A DNA stretch of 64,000 bases from Ruditapes philippinarum (lineage: Eukaryota), in NCBI RefSeq assembly GCF_026571515.1, contig NW_026861002.1, forward strand, positions 1 to 64,000, read 5' to 3'. Shown one piece after another: positions 41,901-56,149 of this stretch. The translations under genes were made by a program, and so were the position numbers. Position 1 is the first letter of the stretch; every line of letters begins with the position of its first letter. The notes below the pieces were generated by a model, which saw only the letters and a program-made list of their open reading frames with translations, did no database searches and was not told the origin of the DNA.

Positions 41901-44861
41901 TCAAAATAACCTCTGACAATACAGAGCAAAAACTTTTTTTCTTCGGGTTGGATGACCCCAAACTTCACTACACTAAAGTCGGCCTTCACATAAATATAGA
42001 CCAAGCTAAACCGCTGAGAAATTACTAGCCGTTGTTTCAAGCGCAAAAAAATATCGATTTCGATTTGAATCTGTTAAAAAAATGTGAAACTACTTAACAA
42101 TGACAGGGCAAAAGTTCAACAAAAGTTGAATGTAATCTGTGTCCTTATTTGAGGTCAGCTAATTTTACTTCTTGGTTGTAAAATATGTCACATTTTTGTT
42201 GTTTAACTCTGATTTAACCGAAAGGTTAAGAGAAGATTAGTTTAATATCCAGTTACAAACAATATCATATCATGCCTTTCTTGTGACATTTGGAACATTT
42301 TATTTGCAACCTATAATGCCTTTATTGATTAATTATACGAACGGGTTATCATTTCATTAATGGTAGTTATTAGTTAATTGTCTCTTTTAAACTATGGCTT
42401 TGCACTAAATAAAGTAACATTTTTGAATATATTTTTTTGCAATCGGTTTAAAAGTCACGTTCACGTTTCTATTATCAAAGTTATCTAGTCCAATCACACA
42501 GTTTCTTCGTTTTTAGGTCATGTTTCAACTATTTTTATTAAACGTTTCGTGGAAACATTAGCTTTGAAAGGTTTCTATTGCATGTCAATGAACCAATAAA
42601 ATTGTCTAATAGAAAAGCGGTATTTATTAATGCCCGTGTATGGCTATTATTATCGTCAATCATTTCTACACAAAATAGAAAATTGATTAGAAAAACAGCA
42701 TAGCTGTTAAAACATTTAGAAAGTACATCATGGAAAAAAGTCGTTTACATCTTGCGTCGACCGTTTCTCTTTTAAATAGCCTTCTTTTACATTTTTGCCA
42801 TAAACCATTTAAATTTATTAAAACAAAAGAATATATATTAAAAAATATGTCCTTAAAAAGTCCTATCCTGCAGTCAATGTTTTGTCCACCCACGTCTTCT
42901 CCAAAAAAAGGAACGAGCTCAAAATGCTTGAATAAACAGAGTTTTCTATATAAGTTGAATTTTGGGAATATAAGGAAAAAGTTGCATAGGGCTAGATCTG
43001 GGTGGAAATTGCAAATTGGTAACCTTCTTCGACTTCATAAATTGCTTCACAAACTCAGATGTAAGTGATAGTGCATTTACGAAAGATGATAAACATGTCT
43101 AAATGCTGACACAGGGTGTCGTTCTGGTGTTATTTCTTGAGTTCCTTAATATATTGACCTGGAACAGTTTTGTCATTCGTACAGGAATTTGTACAGCTAT
43201 ATTGTCACAAGTTAAGAATATGCAATTAAGTACCTTCTTTGTGCTCAAAGTGCCTTTGGCAATTGAAGGCCTTCTGCCGTGTTTGGTTAGATTTATTTCG
43301 TTTCCAGTTTTTATGATGAAGTTATGATGGAGAAATAAGTTTAAACATTATCTAGGATGGTCTCGACGTGCACCTTTTTACTTTTGTTTTCGATGTTTTG
43401 AGGGGCTATTCCCGGTGAACGCTGTACAACAGTGCAAGAAGTGTCTCTTGATATACCTTATCATAGACATAAACTTACTCTAATTTAGTCAGAGTGACTG
43501 GCGTTTGTGCGAACCTTTATATACGCTCTTATTTCTTTAGTATTCTCAACACGGTTCGGAGTCATTTGTAAAACAGAAGTCAACGACTGGCTCTTATAAA
43601 ATTTAAAAGTATATCGTTGGAAATGTATCGAATAGAGCTATACAGGTGTATCAAAATTTAAAGACATTCGTTTATGCCAAAGCAAAACACCCTCCTTAAT
43701 AAAACAAACAACTAAGAAATCCACAAACAACACCATCAACAAACAAACAAGGAAGTAATTAAATCACAAAGAAGTGTGAGAAACTACATTGAATACTCAG
43801 ACATTTGAAAGAAGTTTATCAGTTTATCACCAGATGTTTAGAATTGTTCCTGAAATAAATGATTTCAGGAGTCATTAATTCCCTTGATGTTTGGATCCGT
43901 GAAAGAACTTAATCATTGTCATTAGTTCGTTTGTTTGACATTTCCTAGTTCCTGGTTCCTTAATAATACAGTCATTTTTTTCTGCAAGATTTCTATTGCA
44001 ACGAACAGAAAACATGTAAAAAACGAGCAGTGTTGATTCCAGATACAATGTAATATGTTCCTGTTGATTATTTCCTCTCCGTATTAGCGTTCATACTCAT
44101 ATTATTGTACATCTCAATGTCTTGTATAGTAAGAATTATTTATGAATATTGATTGCATGCACTTTCACTGCGAAATCAGTAGAGACATACAAATAATATG
44201 CCTTGCTTAACCTGAATATTTTATCGTAGTGTTCTCTAAAATCGTCTTGTAGGCTGATTAGACATAAGCTAAAAGGCATATAAGAAATGATTGCTTTTAA
44301 TCAAATTGTGAGCGTCATTTGATAAATACATTTATACAAATATTATAACCGGAGCCATATCTTCATGTGGACTTTACTTTTTTCCGACTTACCGTTGATC
44401 TTAAAATGCTAGTTTATTAAAATTAAAAAAATATACAGTAGTTTATTGAAGAAACCAGCATGACTCCTTGCATGTGACATTGACTTTTCGACACACAGAA
44501 ATGATTTGCTGATTTCATTGGAAACCAGTACAGTCCAAAGTAAATCAATAAACTATGGTGATTTTACCGCTTCAATTAATTATTTGCCCAAAATCTGCAA
44601 TCTACAAACGAACTTAAGCACTTTGCCGCCATAAGTCACGAGAGTAATATCTTTTAGAAATGTGTGCATAATGATAGCAAAATCGCTAAACAAGCCGTCA
44701 TGAAGAAATTAGCATATAGGCCAAAACTATTGCTGCTGCATGGAATACGAAAAGCCACGTTCATTTAACACAACTTTATCCTTGTTTGGTTTTCGTTTGG
44801 CTTTCGGTCTCATTAAATCATTAAAGATATTTATTTATCATTGGAATTTGAAGACATCAGA
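35284..44861 (+). repeat. Tandem segmental duplication, copy A (~9.6 kb)
   Basis: Collinear with 44862-58511; junction ..gaagacatcaga|atgtagtttcagatgcag at 44861/44862. Confidence 0.93.
42480..44800 (-). pseudogene. Decayed N-terminal coding region, copy A
   Basis: VCEAIYEVEEGYQFAISTQI*PYATFSLYSQNST (42955-43055); EPVVDFCFTNDSEPC; paralog of 56150-58440. Confidence 0.55.
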
Positions 44862-47213
44862 ATGTAGTTTCAGATGCAGCCACACTTCATCGTTTAAAAA
44901 AGTATACTATTCAACGTGCAACAAAACCTGGAAACAAATGGGCAGGCTGTTGTAAGTGTTCAGCTCATTAATGATGTTCGGCATGATTTCTCAGTTTATT
45001 TTTATCCGGATTCTAGGTCAGCTATATAAACTGCTGATTTGCAATCAATGTATAGTTAATATGGATGTAATGTTCATCCCTGATATATTCACTAAATTTC
45101 AAGAAACTGCCTTAACACTAATAATAATTATAGGTATCATGGAGCAATTATCGTGATATTTGCCATATTATAAATGGCAGAAGTCTAACAAATAAATGAA
45201 AATAATTTCTTGTAAAATTTGCCAAGAAAAATAAAAACAACCTTTACCGTTAAAGATCAAAGACAACTTTGAAATCATGATGTTCTTCCTGTTTTGTTTT
45301 ACAATTACATTTGTACCAAATTTAGTCATTATAACTTCCAGGTATTTTTCTGAGGTCATTATCAATTTATCATTATTTTTTTGGAAATGACGACTTTATA
45401 GGTTTTTCGTGGATGTTATTAAACCAATGAATTTGAGCAAAGCAAAACAACCATAGTGGTTGCAGATATAAGCTTTTATTTCCTAATGGCCTAAATAAGG
45501 ATGGTAAAACGTAATAAAATTAACTTGAAATTTCATCGCCGACTAATTAAACGATATCATGGAAGTTCTTAAGCCTTCTACGATATATTAAAAAAACATG
45601 CACAGCTTTTTAATCAAAACTAGATTAAGACTGATTTCACAAGAAAGAAGTTTGTATGAAAATTTTGAGATTAAAAAAAAAATAAACAAAAAAATGTGAA
45701 CATATTGGCTTATAGGGTAACAATGGCTACATACCATTTGTTTGTTTGTTTTGTTTGTTATTTGTGTGTTGTTTTTGTTTCATTTTGTACATGTACAGCA
45801 TAATGTCACTCACTCAGACTCGTTAATTGATTCATTTACGCAATGTTGTATAAAAATGTTGTGATATAAATAGATAATCAAATTTGTAACCATTTGAATA
45901 TATTTATCGTTCTCCATTTACTTAAATGGTCAATTGTTGAATTAGTATGCTGCCGTTATTTACTGTATTTATCATAAAATAATGCATATGTTGTTTACTT
46001 GATGTAAACCTTCGATGGTAATTAAAGTTTGAAAGTTTGAATTTGCCACGAACAGAGAAATTTGTATTCGAAAAGTAATAAGATGAAACTTATTTTTCCA
46101 TTTCTAAATCATTGTTGTTTAAATTTATAGACAGTGGATTGGATGTTTCCAGATCCTAAGAACGACTGACAATTCATATAGACCCACCCCGCCCTCTCTA
46201 GTTCAATGTGAAGGCTCCGAATGAGCATTGCACAGGGGGTCTCTCCACCTCATGAAAACGAGATTAAGTGGTGTGTGTGAGATAACCGCGCGCTTGTGCA
46301 AATCGATACAGGAAGTTACGTCAAGCATAGCGCGTGATGGTAAAACAGCGCTGCGTACTTAAAAAAGGAGGTAACTATATATTGTCCAGTTGAGGTGACA
46401 CGTGCATAAATAATTTTGTCTCTGTTCCCTATCTTTAGAAAGACATGTAGAGAATGTCACGTGACACGCACTGAAGCATATGTTCGCGGTAGAGCTCCAA
46501 TTATCTTTTTCGCACAGGCACAAGTATTTTTTTTAAATAAGTACATAAGACTCTCTTGCCTGTTTCTGTTTCTATTCCCGGAAGATTTAAATTTCTTTTA
46601 TTTCAAACAAGCTGTTTGTCTGCATAACGAAAGGTCGAAAGTTCGTTCAACATTTTTGTTATTTTACGTTTCCAGCCACAGACATTCATTGTGTTTTATG
46701 TTTCTTCCTTTTTGGCATATAAACATCCAATGTTTAAATCTTCTGCGATTAAGTGTCCAGACTAAATCAGAGTGTGCAAAATATCAGTACTCGGATATTC
46801 TCTGTCGCTGCCTTTCCCCTTTATTCAATTGGGAAAACCTCAACAGATATATAACAGATGAGTTTCCTTTGGGGATATTCCTGCTATATATCAGTTTATT
46901 TTTTAGAGGGATTGAAATAGGGCAAGGGTAACACATATTCCCAATCGCAAAAACATAGGTTAATGAGATGAAATTTAACCCCGTAATTATGTCAAAGGCC
47001 TATTGTCAAAATTTACCAACTGCATAGGCACGCACCAAACTGACTCTTTAAATACAGCTGTAAGGTAATTAACGACAGCATTAGCTGGTATTGGTTCATT
47101 TTTTTTGGGGGGGGGGGGGTTAGAGAGAAAAGCACTGACCATAGTATTTTTTTTGTGATAATTTTTGTTTCAAAAATATAATGATGTTGCGGTAAAACAG
47201 TTATATATGAAAC

Positions 47214-47269
47214 AATAAATGAATGAATGAATGAATGAATGAATGAATGAATGAATGAATAAATAAATG
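47214..47269. repeat. (TGAA)n microsatellite (shorter paralog at 37590-37625)
   Basis: Direct observation. Confidence 0.85.
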
Positions 47270-47802
47270 AGTGGAAATAACACTGGCTGGGCAACATCTT
47301 GGAATGTTTCTGCAACACAATCGTCACTGGCTAACGGCCGCGAAATATTTTATATCGATGTCACCCCATCCAGTGTTATGTCCCCGTAAATACCTCGTTT
47401 CATGCTCTATCTATTACGTATCATGAAGCAATTGTCGTGATATTTGGAATATTATGGAAAAATGTATGAAATTAAGTCTTGTAAAATTTTAATAAGTTTG
47501 CTTTCGAAAAATAAATACAAATTTTAAAATTATGTTCTTCTTCCTGTTTTGTTAAACAGTCATCAAGTACAATCATATTTACTTCCAGCTTTTATCTAGG
47601 ACATTTATTTCGTGGAAATGAAATATTAAATGGCCAATGAATGTGTTAAATTGTGATTGCACATTAGAGATTTTATTTCCCAATGACCTAAATAGGTTAG
47701 GGCTGGTAAAATGTATTAAATAAACTAGAAATTTCATCACTGACTGATGATGACCGAAGGCATCGGTGTTATGCTTCAGTATGCTACGATTATTTAAAAT
47801 GT

Positions 47803-49928
47803 TTCTTTGGAAATGGCAAACATGAATTTTTAATGTTTAAATAATAGTATCAGAGAAATTTAAGACACTTGTTACCTGTATAAAGTAGCGATAAATGTGG
47901 AAAAAATGCATAAAAGTAGCAAAATGTAAGCTATGTAGTATTTGACTTCCATATAAGGTACTAATTCACTATAACTGTACTCATTGCCAAAAAGCAACAG
48001 ATGAAAAACATGGTTCAGATAATTGGCCAATGAGTAACTTTTTGGATACTATTGAAGTATACCAAAATTTTAAAAAAAGCTTAAGAAATACAAATAAAAG
48101 TACAATAGGCCTCTGAAACGTTATTTCTATAATATCGGGGGGATCGGGACCCCACCATCCCGTCTGGACCCTCCCCCCCCCCAGTGAGAACTTTACATTA
48201 TTGTACTTTCTGATCGCAGATCAGGAAATACAATGCTGCCATTCAATCTCTGGCACAGCGCTTCACGAAAAACCTAACAACAGGTAGTTCCCAAAACAGC
48301 TTAAAATTAGCAAATCGGATGTAAAAGAAAGAAATATTTTTATTTTGTTACAAGTATCCAACAAATTTCAACGTATTCAAAGTTTAAAAGTTTAAAAGTA
48401 GTGTAGCATTGTCAATAAATGCACAATCACAAATTACGCAGATGAATATCAATTTAAACAATGAAAATGCTTTTTTAGCGATGTCGATTACCGAATACTG
48501 CAGATAAATCTGACTGTCGAGTAGTGAAAAATATACATGTTAGACTGTTTTGGCAGTGTTAAACAACAGGTTTATCGTGAACAAAATACCTCGAAATTAA
48601 TAAGGAATACAAACTCTAAAATTCTATAGAATTATTTGAGTTTATTCAGTTTTATTCGTATAACTTCCCCTTGGTGCAGGGGTAACGTCTTCGTCCAAGC
48701 TGCGAGAGGTTTCGGGTTCAAATCCCAGTCGAGACAACTATTTTTTAAGTGTTTTTTAAGCCACGATATGCAAAAATAAAGTGTGGCTGTCATAAAAAAA
48801 TTAACATAAATGATTTTTGATGCAACTCTGGTCATGCAAAATTCTGTATGTGTCAAACTCAAACTGTTAGTAAAAAGTCTAAACGCAGTCGCTGCATCTC
48901 GGTGCCCTGCAAGATGAATTATAGTATATAAAAATAAACTTACACAGGAAAATACATACAGATATACAATACGAGTTAGATGGCAAAGGTCAGAAAATGC
49001 CACAGAGCTTGCAGCCCTTTGATTATGAATGTGTGACTACTTAAATAGTTTATGCTATTTTTGTGTACTGCCTGTACGGACTACTACTTAAAGCCGGATC
49101 TACACGTAGTCAAGTTACTTAAATGTCATATTTAGATAAGCTAAATAAATGGTCATTTCAGCATATAATCAGGCACAATATTTGGTGTATACATAATATA
49201 TATTTTTAGTTCGATTGTGTAGGAAGCTATAAGCTTATAGACACACTTTCGAATCCGTTCCTGGGACCAACCAGTACTGAGCAATGAGTGTTAAGTTTCT
49301 TACTCAATGAAACAACGACTTGCCCTTGACGGGGTTTGAACCAACTAGCTATATCATTAGATTACTAGTCCGACGCGTTAACCACTCGACATGTCGGCAC
49401 AATTTTTATTAAAATGTCTTTATAAGATTTCCCAGAATTTAAACCTTTGTAAGACTATAATATTTCTATAAAATGTATAAATAAAAATAAACGGGAAAAA
49501 TGATGCAATAAGCTAAAAACAATGAAGTTAATGAAAGGTGTACATTCTTTTGAAATAAATGGAAAATTTTGAGAAAAAATACATTTTGAGCTTAATAATT
49601 TATACAAGTTCTTTATTTGATGAAAGTTCTTCACTCATTTAAAATCCCTATTGATTCTACTTTAATTCAAGACACATGGTTTGCCTCTATTCAATACCTT
49701 GATTTTGTTTACCATTGGCTTTGACTGCAATATATTATTTGAAACATCATGAGAATTCATTTTATTGATTGAATTTTTATGACCCCAAAGTGCGGTCGCT
49801 TGTCTGATGTTACAAAATGCATATGTACCTGTTTAACGCACTTTGGGGTCAAAATTGGACCCCAAAGTGCGTAACGCACTCTGGGGTCCTACCCAAAAGT
49901 GCGTTTGACCCCAAAGTGCGGTGTTACA
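47803..49928. mobile_element. Truncated inverted copy of the same TIR element
   Basis: Reverse complement of 50315-51410 with extra internal sequence; ends TGTTACA at 49928; the other end is lost together with the host segment equivalent to ~38172-38797. Confidence 0.85.
49180..49395 (-). mobile_element. CORE-type tRNA SINE nested in a TIR element
   Basis: Box A/B-like head, CORE-like ttgagtaagaaacttaacactcattgctcagtactggttggtcccaggaacggattcg, 8-bp TSD GGCACAAT (49172-49179 / 49396-49403); absent from the second TIR-element copy. Confidence 0.8.
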
Positions 49929-50314
49929 AAGCATAATACAGTTTGCTCAAAAACAAATCATTAACCGAGAAAAAAGGAAGTATTTGATGATTTATTACTA
50001 AAAGAGATCAGACACATATGACTGATATATCGTTGGAGCATCTTTTCCATTCAAGATAACAAATTAACGCGGACCTCACACCAATTATCCCCATATCACA
50101 AATATAAGAAGTTTTTGAATTAGCTCTCTCGATTATTACTTTGACACTAATTATTTCCTGGTTTATCTGTCATACAGGAAAACAAATGTGTTACTTTGGC
50201 AGTTTAATAACAAAAAGAACGCCAAGCTATGGGGAAAATAATGTTGTACATAATGAACGTATATCATTGTGTTTTGAACTAAAATATGGACGAAACTGAA
50301 AAATATTTGAGCAC

Positions 50315-52918
50315 TGTAACACCGCACTTTGGGGTCAAACGCACTTTGGGGTCCGACCCCAAAGTGCGTTACGTACTTTGGGGTCCAATTTCGACCCCAA
50401 AGTGCGTTTAACAGGTACATATGCATTTTTTTAACATCAGGCAAACGACCGCACTTTGGGGTCATAGAAAATTAAAGTTCATTATGTTTTAAATAATATA
50501 TTGTAGTCAAAACCAATGGTAAACAAAAAAAAATGAAGGCATTAAATAGACACAAACATTTGCCCTGAATTATAGTAGAATCAATAGGGATTTAAATGAT
50601 CTTGATTAGTAAGTGAAGAACCAAATAAATCACCAAATAAAGAATTTGTATCAATTATTAAGCTTAAAATATTTTTTCTCAAATTTTCCATTTATTTTAA
50701 AAGAATGTACACCTTTCATTAACTCCATTGTTTTTAGCTAAATGCATTATTTTCCCGTTTTTTATTTACGCATTTTAAAGAAATAGGATAGTCTTAGCAT
50801 AGACAAAGGTATAAATTCTGGGAAATCTTAGTAAGACATTTCAGTAAGAAAGTGCCTGATAATATGTTGAAAGGGCCATTTATTTAGCTAAACGTGATAT
50901 ATAAGAAACTTGACTAGGTGTAGATGCGACTTTAAGTACATGAAGTAGTAGTCCGTACAGGTAGTACTAAAAATATCAACTATTTAAGTAGTCGCACATT
51001 AAGAGCGGAGCTTCAGAATAATGTAAAATTCTCTTTGTGGGTATAGAGGGGATTGTGGGGTATTTATCCCCGAGGGTTAAAATAACGTTTTAAAGGCACA
51101 TTAAGCTTTTATTTGTTTTTCTTAAAAGCTTTTTTATTTTGATGTTCTTCTATATTATCAAAAAAAAAACAACAACAACACATTGGCCAATTACCTGAAC
51201 TATCTTTTTCATCTGTTGCTTTTTGGCAATGATGAGTTCAGTTATAATGAATTAGTATTTTATATGGAAGTCAAATACTACAGTGTTTGACTTCTTTTAT
51301 GACGAATTATTTCACAGTTATCGCTACTTTATTCAGATAACAAGCATCTTACATTTCTATGATACCATTATTTTGACTTTATAAAATTCATGTTTGCTCT
51401 TTCTTAAGAAGTATGTAAGATTTCCCATAAAAAAGCCTCTTGCGAACGGTTGTTACGGAGCTTACAAAAACCCTTAAGTTTGTTGATAAGCTTAATAATG
51501 TTTTTTTTGTAAAAATCACTATTTATAGTCCGATCGATAAAAAATTTCACCACAGCATTGCAATAGAGTATATTTATAGTTCTTTGGAAAAAGACATTAA
51601 CTGCATTTTTTTTTTCATTCCCAACATCTTTAAGATAGGACTCAATATGGCACCAAAAGTTATCAAGTAAATGACCGACAGAACGGGATACCTTTCGCAG
51701 CATTTTTTAATTCTAGGAATACACAATTTCCTTACTAGAGTATTTTGAACGGTGGCATAAAAGTGACATTTGTATTTTTCTATACTTTTTTTTTGTTTTT
51801 CAAACATATTTTTGTTTGTTTGTCGTAGATATTTCTTTTACATGTAGTTTTGAATACATACTTTTTTTTAGTTTTGCATTCATATTCCTTTTTAGTTTGC
51901 ATACATATTTTATTTTAGTTTTGCATAAATATTCTTTTTTAGATTGCATACATATTTTATTTTTGTTTTTTTTGTACTTATTTTTTGTGTGTTTTTTTCG
52001 TACATTTTTTTACATGACGCCATTTGCAAAGTAGAGGTTTGGATAATTACACCATTTGTTAAACACCATTTTCAAACACTTCGCCATCTGTAAATTACAG
52101 TACCCCATTTGCAAATGCCATTTGCAAATACCAACATTTTCATTTTTAAGTATCCGCGGTAACCCAAAGAAAGGTTCTGCATATGGTCTCGATGTGGTTA
52201 ACATTTGTCACAAGGTGCCTTAAAATACTTCATGGGGTTTGTGAAATAAGGAGCGGACATGAAACCCAAGTCTTTATCCTTTGACCTGTAGCTGTGACCC
52301 CGACCTTGAGCCGGCACACCTGGCATAAAGTTCTGTACATTATCTGGATGTGCTAAGGAATTGACCTCAGTTTCATAATTCTCAATTCTCAGGGGGTGGG
52401 TTGGGTGGTGCATATTCATGGAATAATAACTGATCACCAACCAACAGCCCTTTCCAAATAGACACTAATATAACAGTATATAATTGTATAAAAAAATAAT
52501 TAAATAAAATACATATAATACAAAAATGGGCCGAAAAGGGTCGGCCGAAACCAGACTTGCCCGGCCGAAAACGACTGGGCCGATTCCAAAAAAGGGCCGA
52601 AATGTGACCTAACGAGTCTGCTAGTTTTATACTCAACTATGGGCCGTTTTCAGATTTGAAGGCTGTTTTGATTGACTAAAATATGTATGAAAAACAAAAA
52701 TAACATATGAATGCAAAATTTAAAAAAAATATGTATGCAAAACTAAAATAAAATATGTATACAAAACTAAAAACAAAAAAATGCAAATGTCACTTTTATG
52801 CCACCGTAATTTTGTTATATGACCCCAAAGTGCGTTTGACCCCAAAGTGCGGTGCGAAGTTTAACGCACTTTGGGGTTGGACCCTAAAGTGCGTTTGACA
52901 CCAAAGTGCGGTGTAACA
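50315..52918. mobile_element. Non-autonomous TIR DNA transposon with TGT..ACA termini and 6-bp TSD
   Basis: TIRs TGTAACACCGCACTTTGGGGTCAAACGCAC / GTGCGTTTGACACCAAAGTGCGGTGTAACA; subterminal GACCCCAAAGTGCG repeats; TSD GAGCAC (50309-50314 / 52919-52924); empty site at 39180-39185. Confidence 0.9.
51748..52808. mobile_element. Nested IS3EU-like non-autonomous element
   Basis: 25-bp TIR (T/A)ACGGTGGCATAAAAGTGACATTTG, TAYGG-type terminus, 6-bp TSD ATTTTG (51742-51747 / 52809-52814), AT-rich subterminal inverted repeats. Confidence 0.8.
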
Positions 52919-54596
52919 GAGCACCATAGGAGTTATTTATAGTCCATTACGTGTTTATCTTAGTAAACAGTGTGTTAGTCAGAAGCAATTTTATTTAAGT
53001 GTCCGAAAACATAATAAATCTCCATTACCACTGGAATTTTTTTTCTCGTTTTCCGTATCCTGACATACGACAGCATGTATCTGCCAATTATAATTCTATA
53101 TTCAAACATATGACAATTTGGTAAAAATATGACATTTTTGTTCCTTAAACATGTTACCATACTTTTATATTGCTATCTTAGAATTCCTGTAAAAGAACAA
53201 CAAAGTATCGAGTTTGACTATGATTTCTGTTTAACTGCAATATACAGTGGTGTAGCCGAAAAAAAACAACAAAAAAACGGAAAAGAAATCTGAACACTAT
53301 GATTCTACATATACTAAATGTACTTAAGCTTGCTGTCGAAAGTTAAATACTAATTTTAAAAATTACGTTTTCTTCCTGTTTTGTCTCACAGTCATAAAGT
53401 TCAATTATATTAACTTCCGGCTTTTATCTAGGACAGTTATCAATTTATTTCGTGGAAATGATGACTTTAAAATGTCGTAGTTAACTGTGTATCGGTCAGA
53501 AACCTATTCAAGTGTCCGAAAACATAGTAAAACTCCATTATCACTGGAACATATTTTTTATCTTGAATTTTTGGGTAATATTGCAAAAAACCCTAACTTA
53601 TTTCGTCTTCTTTTGACAGCATTCGAAGTACATATTTTCTTTGCATTTGTGTCCAGTTAAAATATGTCTCTCACTTTGACTTCATTATATGAGACCAAAA
53701 AAAACCCAACAAAACTAGAACAATAACAACAACTAAAAGAACAAGTTGGCAGATCTTATACTTGGTTATTAGGGTCGGTAGTCCTTAATGTTAAACTTTA
53801 CTTTCTGCGTTATCTGAACAATGAATGATATCATTTCTACTTCTTTCGTTAAAGGACATTACATGGTGTTTCAGAATGATGCTTTACTGTATAAATCTTA
53901 CCTTAAATATAGATGTTTTCTTGACATAAGTTTATATCATCTTTTATCATCAGATCTCTCTTTTTACTTTAAGTTTGTTAATTTTTGCATCACATATTAA
54001 ATATATGTTTAAACAATATCGTTTTTTGTATCTTAATACGCCCATCGAAAACGGACAACAAAGTTACAATAGGCGTTAACTCATTAATTGATAATTGGGA
54101 TAATTGTTATATTTTTCTTTTATAATGTATCACATGAATCCATTAACCTTTGATTTTACAGATGTGAGTTATATTTCAGCACACCCAAGTATAAATAAGT
54201 CATTGACCAAACTCTTCAACACTTGAAACACTTCTTAAAATTGACCCGAGGAAAGATCTATGTTAAGTCATTGCCGGATATCGCACGGTAAGTGGTATAT
54301 TACACTTCATATGTTCGTTCTATTATTTTCTTTCTAGCTATGCATGAAGACAGTCGTCAACATTCTAATGACCACACACTTAAAAGTTGAGACTTTTAAT
54401 CATATTTCTTTTTTCGCTACTTTATCTTCTTTATTTTCTATAAATTAATATATGAGTGTGCTATTGTGTAAATAGATTTCTATGCTTATCATGGTTAGAT
54501 TGTTTTCTTTCTCTTTCATCACAGAAGGATCCATTTAAAATGAGCTTGTACAACAATAGAATATGTTGTGAAGCGCAAGTCTTAATATATTAGTAT

Positions 54597-55050
54597 CTGC
54601 ATGATCAAACCGTTCCAAGCCGGTGCCCCTCTGTGTTCCTCAGATGTATGTCTTGTTTATTGGTGCATACAATATTTTGGTAAAACGTTTGTGTCTCTTC
54701 TTGTATTTTTTGTCTACGGTACGTATCTACCCTTGCCTTCTGATTTTTCAATTTTATCCCACCTCCCTATCCCATCCTTCTGGCTCCCCTTCATGCGCCT
54801 TTTCCTCATGTATTTATTTTAGACTCTTTTTCTAGATTTTAATTTATTTTCATCTTTGATTGCCTTGTAGGTTTCTATGATTTGCTATTTTCAATGGTTT
54901 GTGGTGGCGCCCCTTCCTTTTTATGCCCATGTGTCATGCCTGTCCTGTTTTGGTGTCCTGCTTGGCTCCTTGCCGGAGGTCCTGTGTTGGGGGTAGCGTT
55001 CATTAAATGCCGCCCTTCCTTGTTGATTTTGTTTTGTTGGTTTGCATATC
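54597..55050. repeat. Unclassified GC-richer dispersed repeat (also 41525-41897, 33290-33400, inverted at 33676-33720)
   Basis: Shared gggggt.gcgttcatt.aa.gccgcc.ttccttgt motif and gccgttccaagccggtgcccct end. Confidence 0.55.
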
Positions 55051-55419
55051 TAATAAATTTTTTTTTTTGCCTGTTTTATCCATTAGGCTTTTAAAATCTC
55101 AATTATTGTATGTTTCAAGGTTTACAGAAGCCATTTATGACTTAACATATGTTCATCATATATGTACATTTTCTGAACTTTCAAGCTTTCAGTTTTTCCG
55201 TACTGTATACAAGGTTATAAATTTGAGACATTTATAATTCTATGTCAAAATATGACGATTTGTTAAAAGCTATGACGTTTCTGTTCCTTATGATACATTG
55301 TTGCATGTTATCATACGTTTATAGTGTTATCTTAGAATGACTGTAAAAATAAACAATAATACAAAGTATCAAGTTTGACTTATGATTTCTGTTTAGCTAC
55401 AATATACAGTGTTGTGGCC

Positions 55420-55580
55420 TCCTTAAGGCCGTATTGACCAACACTTTTTTCAAGAAAGTAAAAAAAAAATGCACTTAACAGTACCGTCAATGAACAGGCT
55501 CAATCAAACCGAGCCTGCAACATTTTCAAGTATGCCGTGTTGGGCTTTCTTTAGGGATTCTTATTTTCTCTATTTTGTCA
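55420..55580 (+). repeat. Dispersed TE-end-like repeat (other copies 6045-6140 +, 12665-12717 +, 5275-5356 -), possibly TTAA-targeting (Kolobok-like)
   Basis: Shared core cgtcaatgaacaggctcaatcaa.ccgagcctgcaacattt in both orientations; TTAAGG near the outer ends at 55422 and 5351. Confidence 0.55.
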
Positions 55581-56149
55581 TTTCTAATGATCCACTGAAC
55601 ACTATGAGTTTACGTGTACTAAATATAAATCAAAATACACCTCTGACAATACAGAGCAAAACATAATATTCTTCGGGTTGGATGATCCCAAACTTCACTA
55701 GAAGTCGGCCTTCACATAAATATAGACCAAGCTATTACTAGCCGTTGTTTCAAGCGCCAAAATATCGATTTCGATTTGAATCTGTTAAAAACTGTGAAAC
55801 TACTTAACAATGACAGGGCAAAAGTTCAACAAGATTTAAATGTAATCTGTGTCCTAATTTTAGGTCATCCAATTTTACTTCTTGGTTGTAAACTATGTCA
55901 CATTTTTGTTGTTTAACCCAGATATATTATAAAGGTTACAAACAATATCATATCATGCCTTTCTGGTGACATTTGGAACATTTTATTTGTAACGTAATGG
56001 CTTTATTGCTTTATTATACGAATGGGTCCTCATTTCCTTCATGGTAGTTATTAGTCAATTGTCTCTTTTATCTAAATGAAGTAACATTTTTGAATATATT
56101 TTTTTACAATGGGTTTAAAAGTCACGTTCACGTTTCTATTATAAAAGTT

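Noticed and set aside
46416-46931. 171-aa plus-strand ORF
   Set aside because: TTG start, no recognisable domain, disrupted in the near-identical copy A, and partly antisense to the decayed coding frame
48665-48737. tRNA gene
   Set aside because: Has box B GGTTCAAATCC but no valid cloverleaf; it lies inside a transposon
49778-50465. GACCCCAAAGTGCG repeats as a CRISPR-like array
   Set aside because: Irregular spacing and mixed orientation; they are subterminal repeats of a TIR element in eukaryotic DNA
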